DNA of 24,795 nt, taken from a virus (taxonomy: Duplodnaviria; Caudoviricetes). Each line of letters begins with the position of its first letter. The stretch's first letter is position 1. The position numbers were made by a program, and so were the translations under genes. The DNA lies in IMG/VR virus record IMGVR_UViG_3300027294_000190, positions 1 to 24,795 of that record; one strand, given 5' to 3'. The notes beneath the pieces are model-generated. The model had not been told where the DNA came from and searched no databases. It saw only the letters and a program-made list of their open reading frames with translations. Below are positions 1-8,059 of this stretch, piece by piece.

Positions 1-147
1 GGCGTTGAAAAATTTCTTCTTTTCATCATCGCCCATTGAGTTGATATCCTTACCAGTCTTATCTAACATATGTTTAAATAATTGTTGGTAATCATTTTCT
101 TCCTTTACTACTTGTCTAACAAGCTCTTTTAATTGAGATATTTTCAT
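1..147 (-). CDS. Partial CDS (3' end outside window); putative internal head protein, MKISQLKELVRQVVKEENDYQQLFKHMLDKTGKDINSMGDDEKKKFFNA...
   Basis: Not in the ORF track. ATG at 147-145 overlaps the TAA of the upstream gene (TAATG coupling); frame is open for 49 codons to the window edge. N-terminus resembles a leader ending in a V-K-E-E processing-type site. Confidence 0.8.
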   Translation of the reverse strand, partial: MKISQLKELVRQVVKEENDYQQLFKHMLDKTGKDINSMGDDEKKKFFNA

Positions 148-1136
148 TATTCTGAAATTTGTCTTATTTTTTGGTCTAATTTTAGTAATCGTTCCTTTAT
201 ACTATAAATATGACTATTTGTTCTTTTCCAATAACTTTTATTATCTACCCCACTTTCGTTCTTAATTTTACCATACCAATTAAGAAATCTTTCCATTTCT
301 GCTAATTGTTTATTGATGTTAGATATGCCTCTACCAATCTTAGATTGTGCAGTAGATTCATCTCTTTTTAATTCTAACCAACGATTTTCGTTTATTGGAT
401 TCATTTTTTCATCTGATACCCAATATGCCGTTCCACCACCTATCGAATGGCGAAACATTTTTTCCATATCTTCGGCGTGTTTCTTTGCATCCTTAAATGA
501 ATTGAATACTTTTGGCTTATTGGTTGAACTAAATGTTTTTTTATCAAATTCTTTTTCCAACCCCTTACCCTGTCCTCTACCTTTGTTATAGGTTACATAG
601 TATTTACCTTCTTTAACTACACTATATCCTGTTAAATCAGCTTGTCTTTTACCTTTAGTTTTTTCATCCTCACCTTTACCAAATGCATGTGGTGTACCAT
701 ATCCTTGTACATTGCCAGTAACATTCATTTCATCCACTTTCAATTCGGCATCTTTATACATATCACCAACTTTAGCATCCAATTCTGCAGAAAGTTTTTT
801 CTTTTGTGCAGTTAGTGCTTTAAGTTTTTGTACATATTGATTTTCGTTTGGAGTTCCTTTAGATTTTTTATATCCTTCTAAGTTTTGCTGAATAGCATCT
901 AACGTTTTAGCGTAATCCGTTTGAATGGCTCTTACTGAACGTAATTCAGCCAATACCATTTCTTTTATTTTATCAGGCAACCCTTTATGAGATGTTGATG
1001 CAAAATCTTTAGCATCTTTATCACTCATTGAGTCTGCTGCTTTACTAACTTCTGGAGATGGAGATTTCATATCACCCTTTTGAGTAGCATGAACCATTCC
1101 CATAAATTTTTGTTGTGCTTTGGATTGTGCTGGCAT
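147..1136 (-). CDS. Mosaic putative internal head protein with N-terminal DUF3008-like module
   Basis: N-terminus MPAQSKAQQKFMG...SMSDKDAKDFASTSHKGLP matches my recollection of DUF3008. Further modules (coiled coil, MNVTGNVQGYGTPHAF, C-terminal helical domain) are separated by KIKE, KVDE, VVKE and PINE. Confidence 0.7.
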   Translation of the reverse strand: MPAQSKAQQKFMGMVHATQKGDMKSPSPEVSKAADSMSDKDAKDFASTSHKGLPDKIKEMVLAELRSVRAIQTDYAKTLDAIQQNLEGYKKSKGTPNENQYVQKLKALTAQKKKLSAELDAKVGDMYKDAELKVDEMNVTGNVQGYGTPHAFGKGEDEKTKGKRQADLTGYSVVKEGKYYVTYNKGRGQGKGLEKEFDKKTFSSTNKPKVFNSFKDAKKHAEDMEKMFRHSIGGGTAYWVSDEKMNPINENRWLELKRDESTAQSKIGRGISNINKQLAEMERFLNWYGKIKNESGVDNKSYWKRTNSHIYSIKERLLKLDQKIRQISE

Positions 1137-1147
1137 TTTTTTCTTTA

Positions 1148-1417
1148 TTATGCTAATAAATATGCATTACCAGATGTTACTGTAATACTTCTAACATAAC
1201 AAGGAACTGGCTCTCCTACTGCTAAGTGTTCTAATTTTAAAGTAGTATGGTTATTTGTTTGTGCGATTGTACCACTTAGGTTATTATCAACAACACCTTC
1301 CAATGTTATTGAACCTGAACAAATTGCTGAACCTCTCATTACTCCCCATACTCTTTCTAATGAACCAGATTGTCCTGCTGTATATTCTTTTGCGTTAAAA
1401 ATTCTATAATTTGTCAT
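1148..1417 (-). CDS. Small beta-rich hypothetical protein, possibly head decoration
   Basis: 89-aa ORF tightly packed between neighbours in the head module; beta-strand-like composition; C-terminal GEPVPCYVRSITVTSG. Function is inference only. Confidence 0.6.
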   Translation of the reverse strand: MTNYRIFNAKEYTAGQSGSLERVWGVMRGSAICSGSITLEGVVDNNLSGTIAQTNNHTTLKLEHLAVGEPVPCYVRSITVTSGNAYLLA

Positions 1418-1419
1418 TT

Positions 1420-2295
1420 TTATTTATTTAAACTTTCTTTTAATTCTTTTAATAATTCGTAACTCATCATTAATGCAGACAAATGAGATTCTCTTAATTT
1501 CTTAACTGATTTAATTTTTCTAATATTAGAAATAGTTTCAGCTAATTTAATTTTTGTAACTTTATCAGAAATTTTAGAACCAACTTCTTTTAATCCTTCA
1601 GATAAAGTATTAACCTCTTCATTAACATATTCTTTTAATTTACCTGTATTATTAATATTATTAATATACTCTTTAAGTAAATTCTTTTGTCCAGCTGATA
1701 AGTTATTATATTTTTTATTAAAATTTTCTACTAACATTTTGTATGATAGCATTCTAACTTCTTCATCTTGCTTTTTGTATTCTTCAAAAACTCTATCATT
1801 TAATTTTTTATCTTTATTTTCAATTGAAGAGTTAATCATATTTTCAACAACAGTAAATTTAGAATTAACGATATCTTTTGGTTCAAATGATTCTTTTGTA
1901 ACAGTTGCTTCAAATATTTTATAAATAGAAGCCAAATTTTTATAATTTGAAATTGAAGATTTAGTAAACTCATCTATATCATAAGCTTCTTTTATCTCTT
2001 TTATTAAATTATATTTTTCCTTCATAAGCTTTTGCTCATCTAATCTTTTACGGGCTTCACATACGGTTTCAACGAATTTTTCAGCTTTGTTTTCTGAATT
2101 ATATTTTTCATTAATCAAATACTGATATAATTTCAATTCCTTTGAAAGCTCTTTTTTACCTGAAAAATATTCTTTTAATATCTTTTCAGCTTTTGAATTT
2201 TCTTTGCCAGACATGATTTCCGATGTAATCTGCCTAACTAGCAATTCAAAAATGAATCCTGTGTTTTTAAATTTAGAGTGCTTAATATTTTTCAT
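1420..2295 (-). CDS. Helical Lys/Glu-rich hypothetical protein downstream of portal (possible prohead core/assembly factor)
   Basis: 291-aa ORF with coiled-coil-like composition, directly downstream of the portal gene and preceded by the ATATTTATAT motif. Confidence 0.65.
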   Translation of the reverse strand: MKNIKHSKFKNTGFIFELLVRQITSEIMSGKENSKAEKILKEYFSGKKELSKELKLYQYLINEKYNSENKAEKFVETVCEARKRLDEQKLMKEKYNLIKEIKEAYDIDEFTKSSISNYKNLASIYKIFEATVTKESFEPKDIVNSKFTVVENMINSSIENKDKKLNDRVFEEYKKQDEEVRMLSYKMLVENFNKKYNNLSAGQKNLLKEYINNINNTGKLKEYVNEEVNTLSEGLKEVGSKISDKVTKIKLAETISNIRKIKSVKKLRESHLSALMMSYELLKELKESLNK

Positions 2296-2314
2296 TAATT
2301 GTATAATTTCTCTG

Positions 2315-2324
2315 ATATAAATAT
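2315..2324 (-). promoter_or_regulatory. ATATTTATAT motif, candidate late promoter
   Basis: Intergenic exact 10-mer about 20 nt upstream of the ATG at 2295; the same 10-mer sits at 5063-5072 and 11902-11911. Confidence 0.55.
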
Positions 2325-2341
2325 ATGTTTATTGTGGATTA

Positions 2342-4069
2342 TTACTTTTTATGTAAATCTTCCATCAAAATAGTCTTTTTATTACCTAACATATCTTTAA
2401 ATATTTCTTTAGATTCTCTTTGAGCTTTTTGCTTTAAAGTTTTAATTCCTAATGGGTCTCTTCCTAAATGATGGTCATCCTTGCCATATCTAACCGGGTC
2501 TTTTGGTCTACCAACTTTTCCATCTTCCTCTAATTCTTCTTTTATTTTTTGAATTTCTTCTTCCACATTGGTTGGTTCTTCCGTTCCAGTTTCTTTTGCC
2601 GGGTCAACACCTTGAGTTTCAATTGATGTTAAACGGAATGTTTGTTTAGTATCTTCAATAACATCCACTGTTAATTCATCTTGCTCTTCAGGAGTCATAT
2701 CCATAATAGCATCATACATCCACTTTTTAGAAAACATCTTAGTTTGTTGCATTTGTGTAATTAATGCTATCTTAGATGTATATAATTCAACTTTTTCTTG
2801 CTCATAAATTTTAGATGGTATTGTTAATTCCAATTGGAAATCCAATTCATCCTCACTATCTAATCCCTGTGCATATAAGTGAACGATTGCTATCTTAGTT
2901 AATTCTGATACTAATACTTTCTGAATTCTTTCTATTGTTTTTGCAAAACGAATATCTTGTGCCGCCAATGTAGCCTTACCACTAATATCTTCTTCATATC
3001 CTAAAAATGCTTTTGGTATTTTTAATGCTGCCATCATCTTACCTTTTAAGTAATTGATATCATCAATCATATTATATTCCAAACCTTTTAAGGTATCAAT
3101 TGAAGTTCCATTATCACTACCACGAACTGGCATATAATAATCTTCAATTAAGTTTTGAATGTTATATTTTAAGTTATATTCACCCGTAGCTTGGTCTAAG
3201 AAAGGAACTTTTTTAGAACCATTGATAATTTTTTGCATGTAGTTATCAACCTCTGCCGGTGGTATATTACCAACATCTACTTTAAATATTCTCTTTTCAG
3301 GAGCTCTCATAATACGATGGATTAACATCGCATCTTCCATTAATGTTAATTGTTTCCAAACTCGTCTACCACCTTCAAGCATTGATTTACCATATGGTAA
3401 GAAGTTTGAATCTGAATATAAACGGAAGTGAGCTATTTCATAGTTTTCAAATTCTCTTTTAGAAGTAGCGGTTACTACTGCACTATTTGGATTCTGATAT
3501 GGTGCATATACAAATTTAACTCGTTGTGGATTTTGTTGGTCAAATCCTTCAACTCTTGAGGTTTCGTATGTTGATAAAGGTTGTACACCTACAATACCCA
3601 ATTCTTCAGCTATTTCTAAATGTAAAAAGAAATCACCATATTTTACTAAGTTTCTGGACCAAGGCCATAAATTAAATTCAATATTTAAAATATCATAAAA
3701 AAGATTTCTAAGAATTTCTTTTGTATTTTCGTTTGCACAATTTATTTTAAGTACATCTCCCATTTCATTCTTTACAGTCGATTCATCTGCGTAAATGTCT
3801 AATGCTGATGATAAAATTGGGTCATTATCCATTCCATCATAATCTCTAAACAAGTCAATTCTAACTTGCTGATAAGCCATTGCGGATTCTATTAAACCAC
3901 CACTATATTGTGGAGTTTTCATACGAGTGTACCTATCTATTAGATTTGTTGTTAATCCTTGATATTCATCGGTATCTATTACTTTGATACCTTGTTTTGT
4001 TTTACGGACTATTGTATTGGTTGAGAATAGTTTTTGTAACCTACCGAAAAATGATTTATCTGCTGCCAT
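2342..4069 (-). CDS. T4 gp20-type portal protein
   Basis: Characteristic motifs WKQLTLMEDAMLIHRIMRAPEKRIFKVDVGNIP, EDYYMPVRG, GTSIDTLKG, DINYLKGKMMAALKIPKAFL and DIRFAKTIERIQ; close to the terminase. Confidence 0.95.
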   Translation of the reverse strand: MAADKSFFGRLQKLFSTNTIVRKTKQGIKVIDTDEYQGLTTNLIDRYTRMKTPQYSGGLIESAMAYQQVRIDLFRDYDGMDNDPILSSALDIYADESTVKNEMGDVLKINCANENTKEILRNLFYDILNIEFNLWPWSRNLVKYGDFFLHLEIAEELGIVGVQPLSTYETSRVEGFDQQNPQRVKFVYAPYQNPNSAVVTATSKREFENYEIAHFRLYSDSNFLPYGKSMLEGGRRVWKQLTLMEDAMLIHRIMRAPEKRIFKVDVGNIPPAEVDNYMQKIINGSKKVPFLDQATGEYNLKYNIQNLIEDYYMPVRGSDNGTSIDTLKGLEYNMIDDINYLKGKMMAALKIPKAFLGYEEDISGKATLAAQDIRFAKTIERIQKVLVSELTKIAIVHLYAQGLDSEDELDFQLELTIPSKIYEQEKVELYTSKIALITQMQQTKMFSKKWMYDAIMDMTPEEQDELTVDVIEDTKQTFRLTSIETQGVDPAKETGTEEPTNVEEEIQKIKEELEEDGKVGRPKDPVRYGKDDHHLGRDPLGIKTLKQKAQRESKEIFKDMLGNKKTILMEDLHKK

Positions 4070-4089
4070 TTATATTTTATATTTTAATT

Positions 4090-4121
4090 CAAAGATATGG
4101 AATTTATTTGATATTAACAAA
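4090..4121 (-). promoter_or_regulatory. Bacteroidota-type primary sigma promoter (-33 TTTG / -7 TAnnTTTG)
   Basis: Minus strand reads TTTG (4121-4118), 20-nt spacer, TATCTTTG (4097-4090), about 20 nt upstream of the portal ATG. Matches the established Bacteroidetes consensus and spacing. Confidence 0.65.
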
Positions 4122-4125
4122 TTAA

Positions 4126-5046
4126 TTACCATTTTCTACAAGACCAGTAATTTGCTTTATGTCTTGGTCCTGGGTTATCACAATTCATTCTTGCTCTAAA
4201 TGATTTTCTAGCAGCTGGGTTTGATTTTCTAATTTTCATTCCTTTTTGTCCAAAATTTACCTTAACAATATTTCCGGCAGGATTCTTTACATATACTTTG
4301 AATTTCTTAACATCACCTTGCATTGGTTTACCCAACTGAACATTTCTACCCTGATATTCTGCTTCATAAACACAATTACAATTTGCTTCAGCTAAAGTAT
4401 TCTTATATGCTTTTAAAAATTCAATGAAATCTTCAATTTCTTCCGGCTCTACATCCAATTCATCGTAATCGGTATCAACCTCTTCACTTATTGGAACACA
4501 ATTTGGCACCATCTTACCATTTTTCATCTTACCACCAACTTGCTTATATCCATCCCAGCAATCTTCACACAATGCATTAGCTTCTCCCTCATTGCAAGTT
4601 TTCCAACCACCACCTTTGCCTTTATAGTTTTTTGCAGCCCATCCGTTTGCGTATGCTGATGGATAAACATCAAATTTAGATTTTGCTGCTGCTTTAGATG
4701 CTGCCCATTTACCTGCATCGGTTGGGCAATTTTTTTCTAAAAATAAATTTAGTCTTTCTTCTATATTCATAGTTTCATTTTTTGGTTTAGTTGAAACGTA
4801 TATTGGTTTCTTACCTTGTCCATCACTATCTTTACCGCCTCTTCCTGCATCATTTTGTGCAGCTCTTTTTCTTTGAGTTGCACTTTCTTTTTCTTTTTTA
4901 CTCATTCCGGCTGCTTTTGCCGCAGGAACACATTTTGCATAACCTTTCTTTTCTCCCGAAGTTCCACATGGTGGGTGTTTACCATCGACCTTTTTTCCGA
5001 TGTTTACCCATTTTTCTTTAAACCATTTATTTAAATCTTCGTTCAT
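4126..5046 (-). CDS. Multi-module basic Cys/Trp-containing phage protein (DUF5872/DUF6321-like modules), putative internal head polyprotein
   Basis: Four small basic modules (KWFKEKWV..CG..YAKCVP; YPSAYANGWAAKNYKGKGGGW; CWDGYKQVG..MVPNCVP; KVNFGQ..RKSFRARMNC..YWSCRKW) separated by acidic linkers. DUF names are from memory. Confidence 0.7.
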   Translation of the reverse strand: MNEDLNKWFKEKWVNIGKKVDGKHPPCGTSGEKKGYAKCVPAAKAAGMSKKEKESATQRKRAAQNDAGRGGKDSDGQGKKPIYVSTKPKNETMNIEERLNLFLEKNCPTDAGKWAASKAAAKSKFDVYPSAYANGWAAKNYKGKGGGWKTCNEGEANALCEDCWDGYKQVGGKMKNGKMVPNCVPISEEVDTDYDELDVEPEEIEDFIEFLKAYKNTLAEANCNCVYEAEYQGRNVQLGKPMQGDVKKFKVYVKNPAGNIVKVNFGQKGMKIRKSNPAARKSFRARMNCDNPGPRHKANYWSCRKW

Positions 5047-5062
5047 TTAGAATAGTTTCAAC

Positions 5063-5072
5063 ATATAAATAT
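5063..5072 (-). promoter_or_regulatory. ATATTTATAT motif, candidate late promoter
   Basis: Exact 10-mer in the 33-nt gap between the terminase stop and the ATG at 5046. Confidence 0.55.
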
Positions 5073-5079
5073 AAAAAAA

Positions 5080-6690
5080 TTACTTTAGCAACCAAGTTAA
5101 GTTTTCAACTTCACCTTTTCCTATCTGCATTTCATATGGATTACGTTGATTTTGCCAATTTGCAGCATAAACGCCTGTATCATTTTGTATAGTAGTTGAG
5201 TTCAACATACTTTTAGTCAAATCAATACCTTCTTGTCTTAATCTTAATGCCGTATTACGAACCCATAATCCAATACCTAATGCCATTGTTAAGTCATCAT
5301 TGTATCCCTTCATTGCTTCAGCTTTACCGCCATTCCATATAAAGGTAAATAACTCATCTATTAATCTACTAGAGCGAATTAAAATATCTTTATCCTTCAT
5401 ATATGTATCTAATGCTGATATGATAAGAGGACGAGTTTTAGATGTTGTAGAAAATCCTGCAACCATTTGCTTTTCATCTCTATAAAATTTATTACTCATC
5501 TGCCTTTCGGTATCAATATATTTTAAATCATTACTCATATAGAATAGATTTGGGTATCCTCTATTGATAATTTGTTGAATAGTTGCCCAACCCACATTTG
5601 AGTTTTCTACTACTAATAATGCATTATTATATTCAGTTGCTAAACTTACTAAGAAGTTTCCAAAATCTTTTGTATCAACTTTACCTTTATATTCAGCTAC
5701 TTGTGAACTATCTTCAATATCAATTACTTGTACCGTTGAAAAATCGGCTCCATCTCCACGTGCAACGTCAGCGGATACCATATATTGTCTGTTATAATTG
5801 GGATGTTCCCATACCCATAAATTTCCATCAAAACCTCGTTTTTCAACAGGCTCCATTACATATGTTTCTTTGTACCAAGTTAATAATGCTGGGTCGATTA
5901 CAGTATCACCCGAACCAATAAAGTCACAATCACACTCTTGCGATGCTCCCTTTACTCCCAAAATACGAGTTTGTCCATCTCTCCATTCCTGATTTCTTTC
6001 AGGATGTACAGTCCAATGTAAATTTATATTATTAAATCCATTTGCACCACTCTCACCTTCTACCCACATTTTATGAAACCAATTACCCACACCATTTGGA
6101 GTAGATAATACGATTGCAGAACCACCTGTTGATAATGTAGATTGTGCCGATAACCAAATATCATCAATATCTCTAATGAATGCGGCTTCATCCACAACTA
6201 ATAAGGATAGGGCTTCCGAACGTCCTGCATCTGGAGAACTTGCGATTGCTTTTACTTGCGAACCATTTTTTAATTTAAGAGAAAGTTTATTATCTTCTAC
6301 TGAACTATTACTACCATCTCTTAACCAAATAGGAAGTAAGTCGTGCATAACTCTTACCTTTTCTACAAGGTTTTTAGCTACCGTTACTTTAGTTGCGATA
6401 ACCAATGCATTGTAGTCTTGATTAAATACCATCTTCCACAAAATAAATCCTGCAGATAAGGTCGATAGACCTAACTGACGAGATTTAAGAATAATATTAA
6501 AACGATTATCTTTGAAGTCTGTTAAACAATTTTCCTGGAACTGATAAAGGTGAAACGGAATCTTTCCACGAGTAGGGTGTTGGATGATACAATACTTTTT
6601 CATAAAGTATATTGGGTCTAACGCACACTTCTTATACTCATCGGAGATGATTTCTTTTAGTGTCTTTTTAGGTTGCCCCTGTACACTCAT
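5080..6690 (-). CDS. terL: Terminase large subunit (T4 gp17-like)
   Basis: Walker A LKSRQLGLST, Walker B LLVVDEAAF, coupling motif STPNG, nuclease acidic motifs SADVARGDGADFS and GYNDDLTMA; no intein or intron apparent. Confidence 0.95.
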   Translation of the reverse strand: MSVQGQPKKTLKEIISDEYKKCALDPIYFMKKYCIIQHPTRGKIPFHLYQFQENCLTDFKDNRFNIILKSRQLGLSTLSAGFILWKMVFNQDYNALVIATKVTVAKNLVEKVRVMHDLLPIWLRDGSNSSVEDNKLSLKLKNGSQVKAIASSPDAGRSEALSLLVVDEAAFIRDIDDIWLSAQSTLSTGGSAIVLSTPNGVGNWFHKMWVEGESGANGFNNINLHWTVHPERNQEWRDGQTRILGVKGASQECDCDFIGSGDTVIDPALLTWYKETYVMEPVEKRGFDGNLWVWEHPNYNRQYMVSADVARGDGADFSTVQVIDIEDSSQVAEYKGKVDTKDFGNFLVSLATEYNNALLVVENSNVGWATIQQIINRGYPNLFYMSNDLKYIDTERQMSNKFYRDEKQMVAGFSTTSKTRPLIISALDTYMKDKDILIRSSRLIDELFTFIWNGGKAEAMKGYNDDLTMALGIGLWVRNTALRLRQEGIDLTKSMLNSTTIQNDTGVYAANWQNQRNPYEMQIGKGEVENLTWLLK

Positions 6691-7340
6691 TATTTTTTAA
6701 ATTTAATCTTCCAAAACACTCCACCGCCGATAAATGGAGATAATACTCCATTAGTTCCATCAGTTCCAACTTTGTTAGCAACTCCTATACCTAATTGATA
6801 TATTTTATCACCTTTGGTTTTAATCAATACACCAGCTCCTAAATTTGAAACTACATCTACTTTATTAAATCCACCTGTAATTCCATAATATACTTGGGTT
6901 TTTGGTAATTCTTTTACAATTGTAGTTTCTTTGATAATTCTTTGTTTAATATTTGCATTAAAAGTTCTACCAAATATTTTATTTTGAGATATTGTATCTG
7001 TTACATCTACAGTTCCTAATGAATCAGGTAATACCAATGTATCTTTATATAATACTTTTGAATAGTAATCTTTTAATAATGCTAAAGTATCAATGATTGC
7101 TGGGATGATTACTTCTTTCTCAACAATTGTTTCGTGATAAATATCATCACCTTTTTTAGTTACTACTTTAGTTTTAACTACTTCAACTGTATCAATTGCA
7201 TATTTAAGAAGTTCATACTTTTTACCATCCACTTTTACAATTTCGGCATTTCTTTTATAGTTTCCGCCACATTGTTGAAAAACTACTACTGCAATCAAAA
7301 CTGCAATTGCTATGTTTTTTAAATTTAATAATTGTTTCAT
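6690..7340 (-). CDS. Membrane-anchored or lipoprotein-like protein, possible spanin-like lysis accessory
   Basis: N-terminal hydrophobic helix IAIAVLIAVVVFQQC; DT-rich beta stalk (DTVEVV, DTLALL, DTLVLPDS); C-terminal amphipathic beta strands ending GGGVFWKIKFKK. Coupled to terL by a TAATG overlap. Confidence 0.6.
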   Translation of the reverse strand: MKQLLNLKNIAIAVLIAVVVFQQCGGNYKRNAEIVKVDGKKYELLKYAIDTVEVVKTKVVTKKGDDIYHETIVEKEVIIPAIIDTLALLKDYYSKVLYKDTLVLPDSLGTVDVTDTISQNKIFGRTFNANIKQRIIKETTIVKELPKTQVYYGITGGFNKVDVVSNLGAGVLIKTKGDKIYQLGIGVANKVGTDGTNGVLSPFIGGGVFWKIKFKK

Positions 7341-7345
7341 AATTT

Positions 7346-8014
7346 TTAATTTTTTATAAGCTCTAAATGATTAAGCTCTTGTAACTTATCTTCCAATGCC
7401 GCTTTCCTTTCCAACAGAGCTTCAATTGCTTCGGTAGCGCCATTAATATCATTTTGTAAATCTTCTTTTACTTTATCAATATCAATATCATAATGCCATT
7501 TTTGAATAGTACCATCTTCATTTATAAATTCCATTGTTTGTGATATTCCTCTCAATCCTTCTTCAAATTGAGCTTTCAAATCAGTAACATATGATAATTG
7601 ATTATTAGTTATTTTATAATCTTCATAAAATGGGTATGTTCCATCATCTTTTAATCTTTGTTCAAAATTTCTTAAACAAGTTACACACATTCCTGTTTTA
7701 CGAATTACTTTCTTATCTGCATTACTATATTTTATAGTATCACATTCTTCAGATTGACAATTATTTAATTTATCTAAATATTGTCTAACCTCATCCATTT
7801 GGGAAACTGTTATTTTATAACCTTCCTTTTGTTCCCATTCTTTGCCATCGGTATCTACCCACGTTTCTCCAACTTCTCTAGTTTGCTCTCCTTCTTTTTC
7901 GTAACCAAAAGTCGTTTGATTATCATCAGTTCTACCAAATACTGTATCTATAATTAGTTTACGAGTTGGGTGAATATGATTATTTTTTTCTTCAAAGCTT
8001 TTTCTCTTTGCCAT
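7346..8014 (-). CDS. Hypothetical protein with Cys cluster and C-terminal coiled coil
   Basis: 222 aa; VGETWVDTDGKEWEQKEG hairpin, CQSEEC and CVTC (possible Zn site), heptad-like C-terminus. Confidence 0.65.
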   Translation of the reverse strand: MAKRKSFEEKNNHIHPTRKLIIDTVFGRTDDNQTTFGYEKEGEQTREVGETWVDTDGKEWEQKEGYKITVSQMDEVRQYLDKLNNCQSEECDTIKYSNADKKVIRKTGMCVTCLRNFEQRLKDDGTYPFYEDYKITNNQLSYVTDLKAQFEEGLRGISQTMEFINEDGTIQKWHYDIDIDKVKEDLQNDINGATEAIEALLERKAALEDKLQELNHLELIKN

Positions 8015-8059
8015 AATTTATTTTATTTATAACCTTTTATATATACATATATATATAAT

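Noticed and set aside
5047-5064. Mini-ORF ATG TTG AAA CTA TTC TAA immediately before the ATG at 5046
   Set aside because: Five codons, ATG overlaps the candidate promoter motif; likely chance, and no evidence for TAA readthrough.
8038-8057. (TA)n-like microsatellite runs here and at 12091-12100
   Set aside because: Short, in AT-rich intergenic DNA, and better explained as variants of the upstream motif than as phase-variable repeats.
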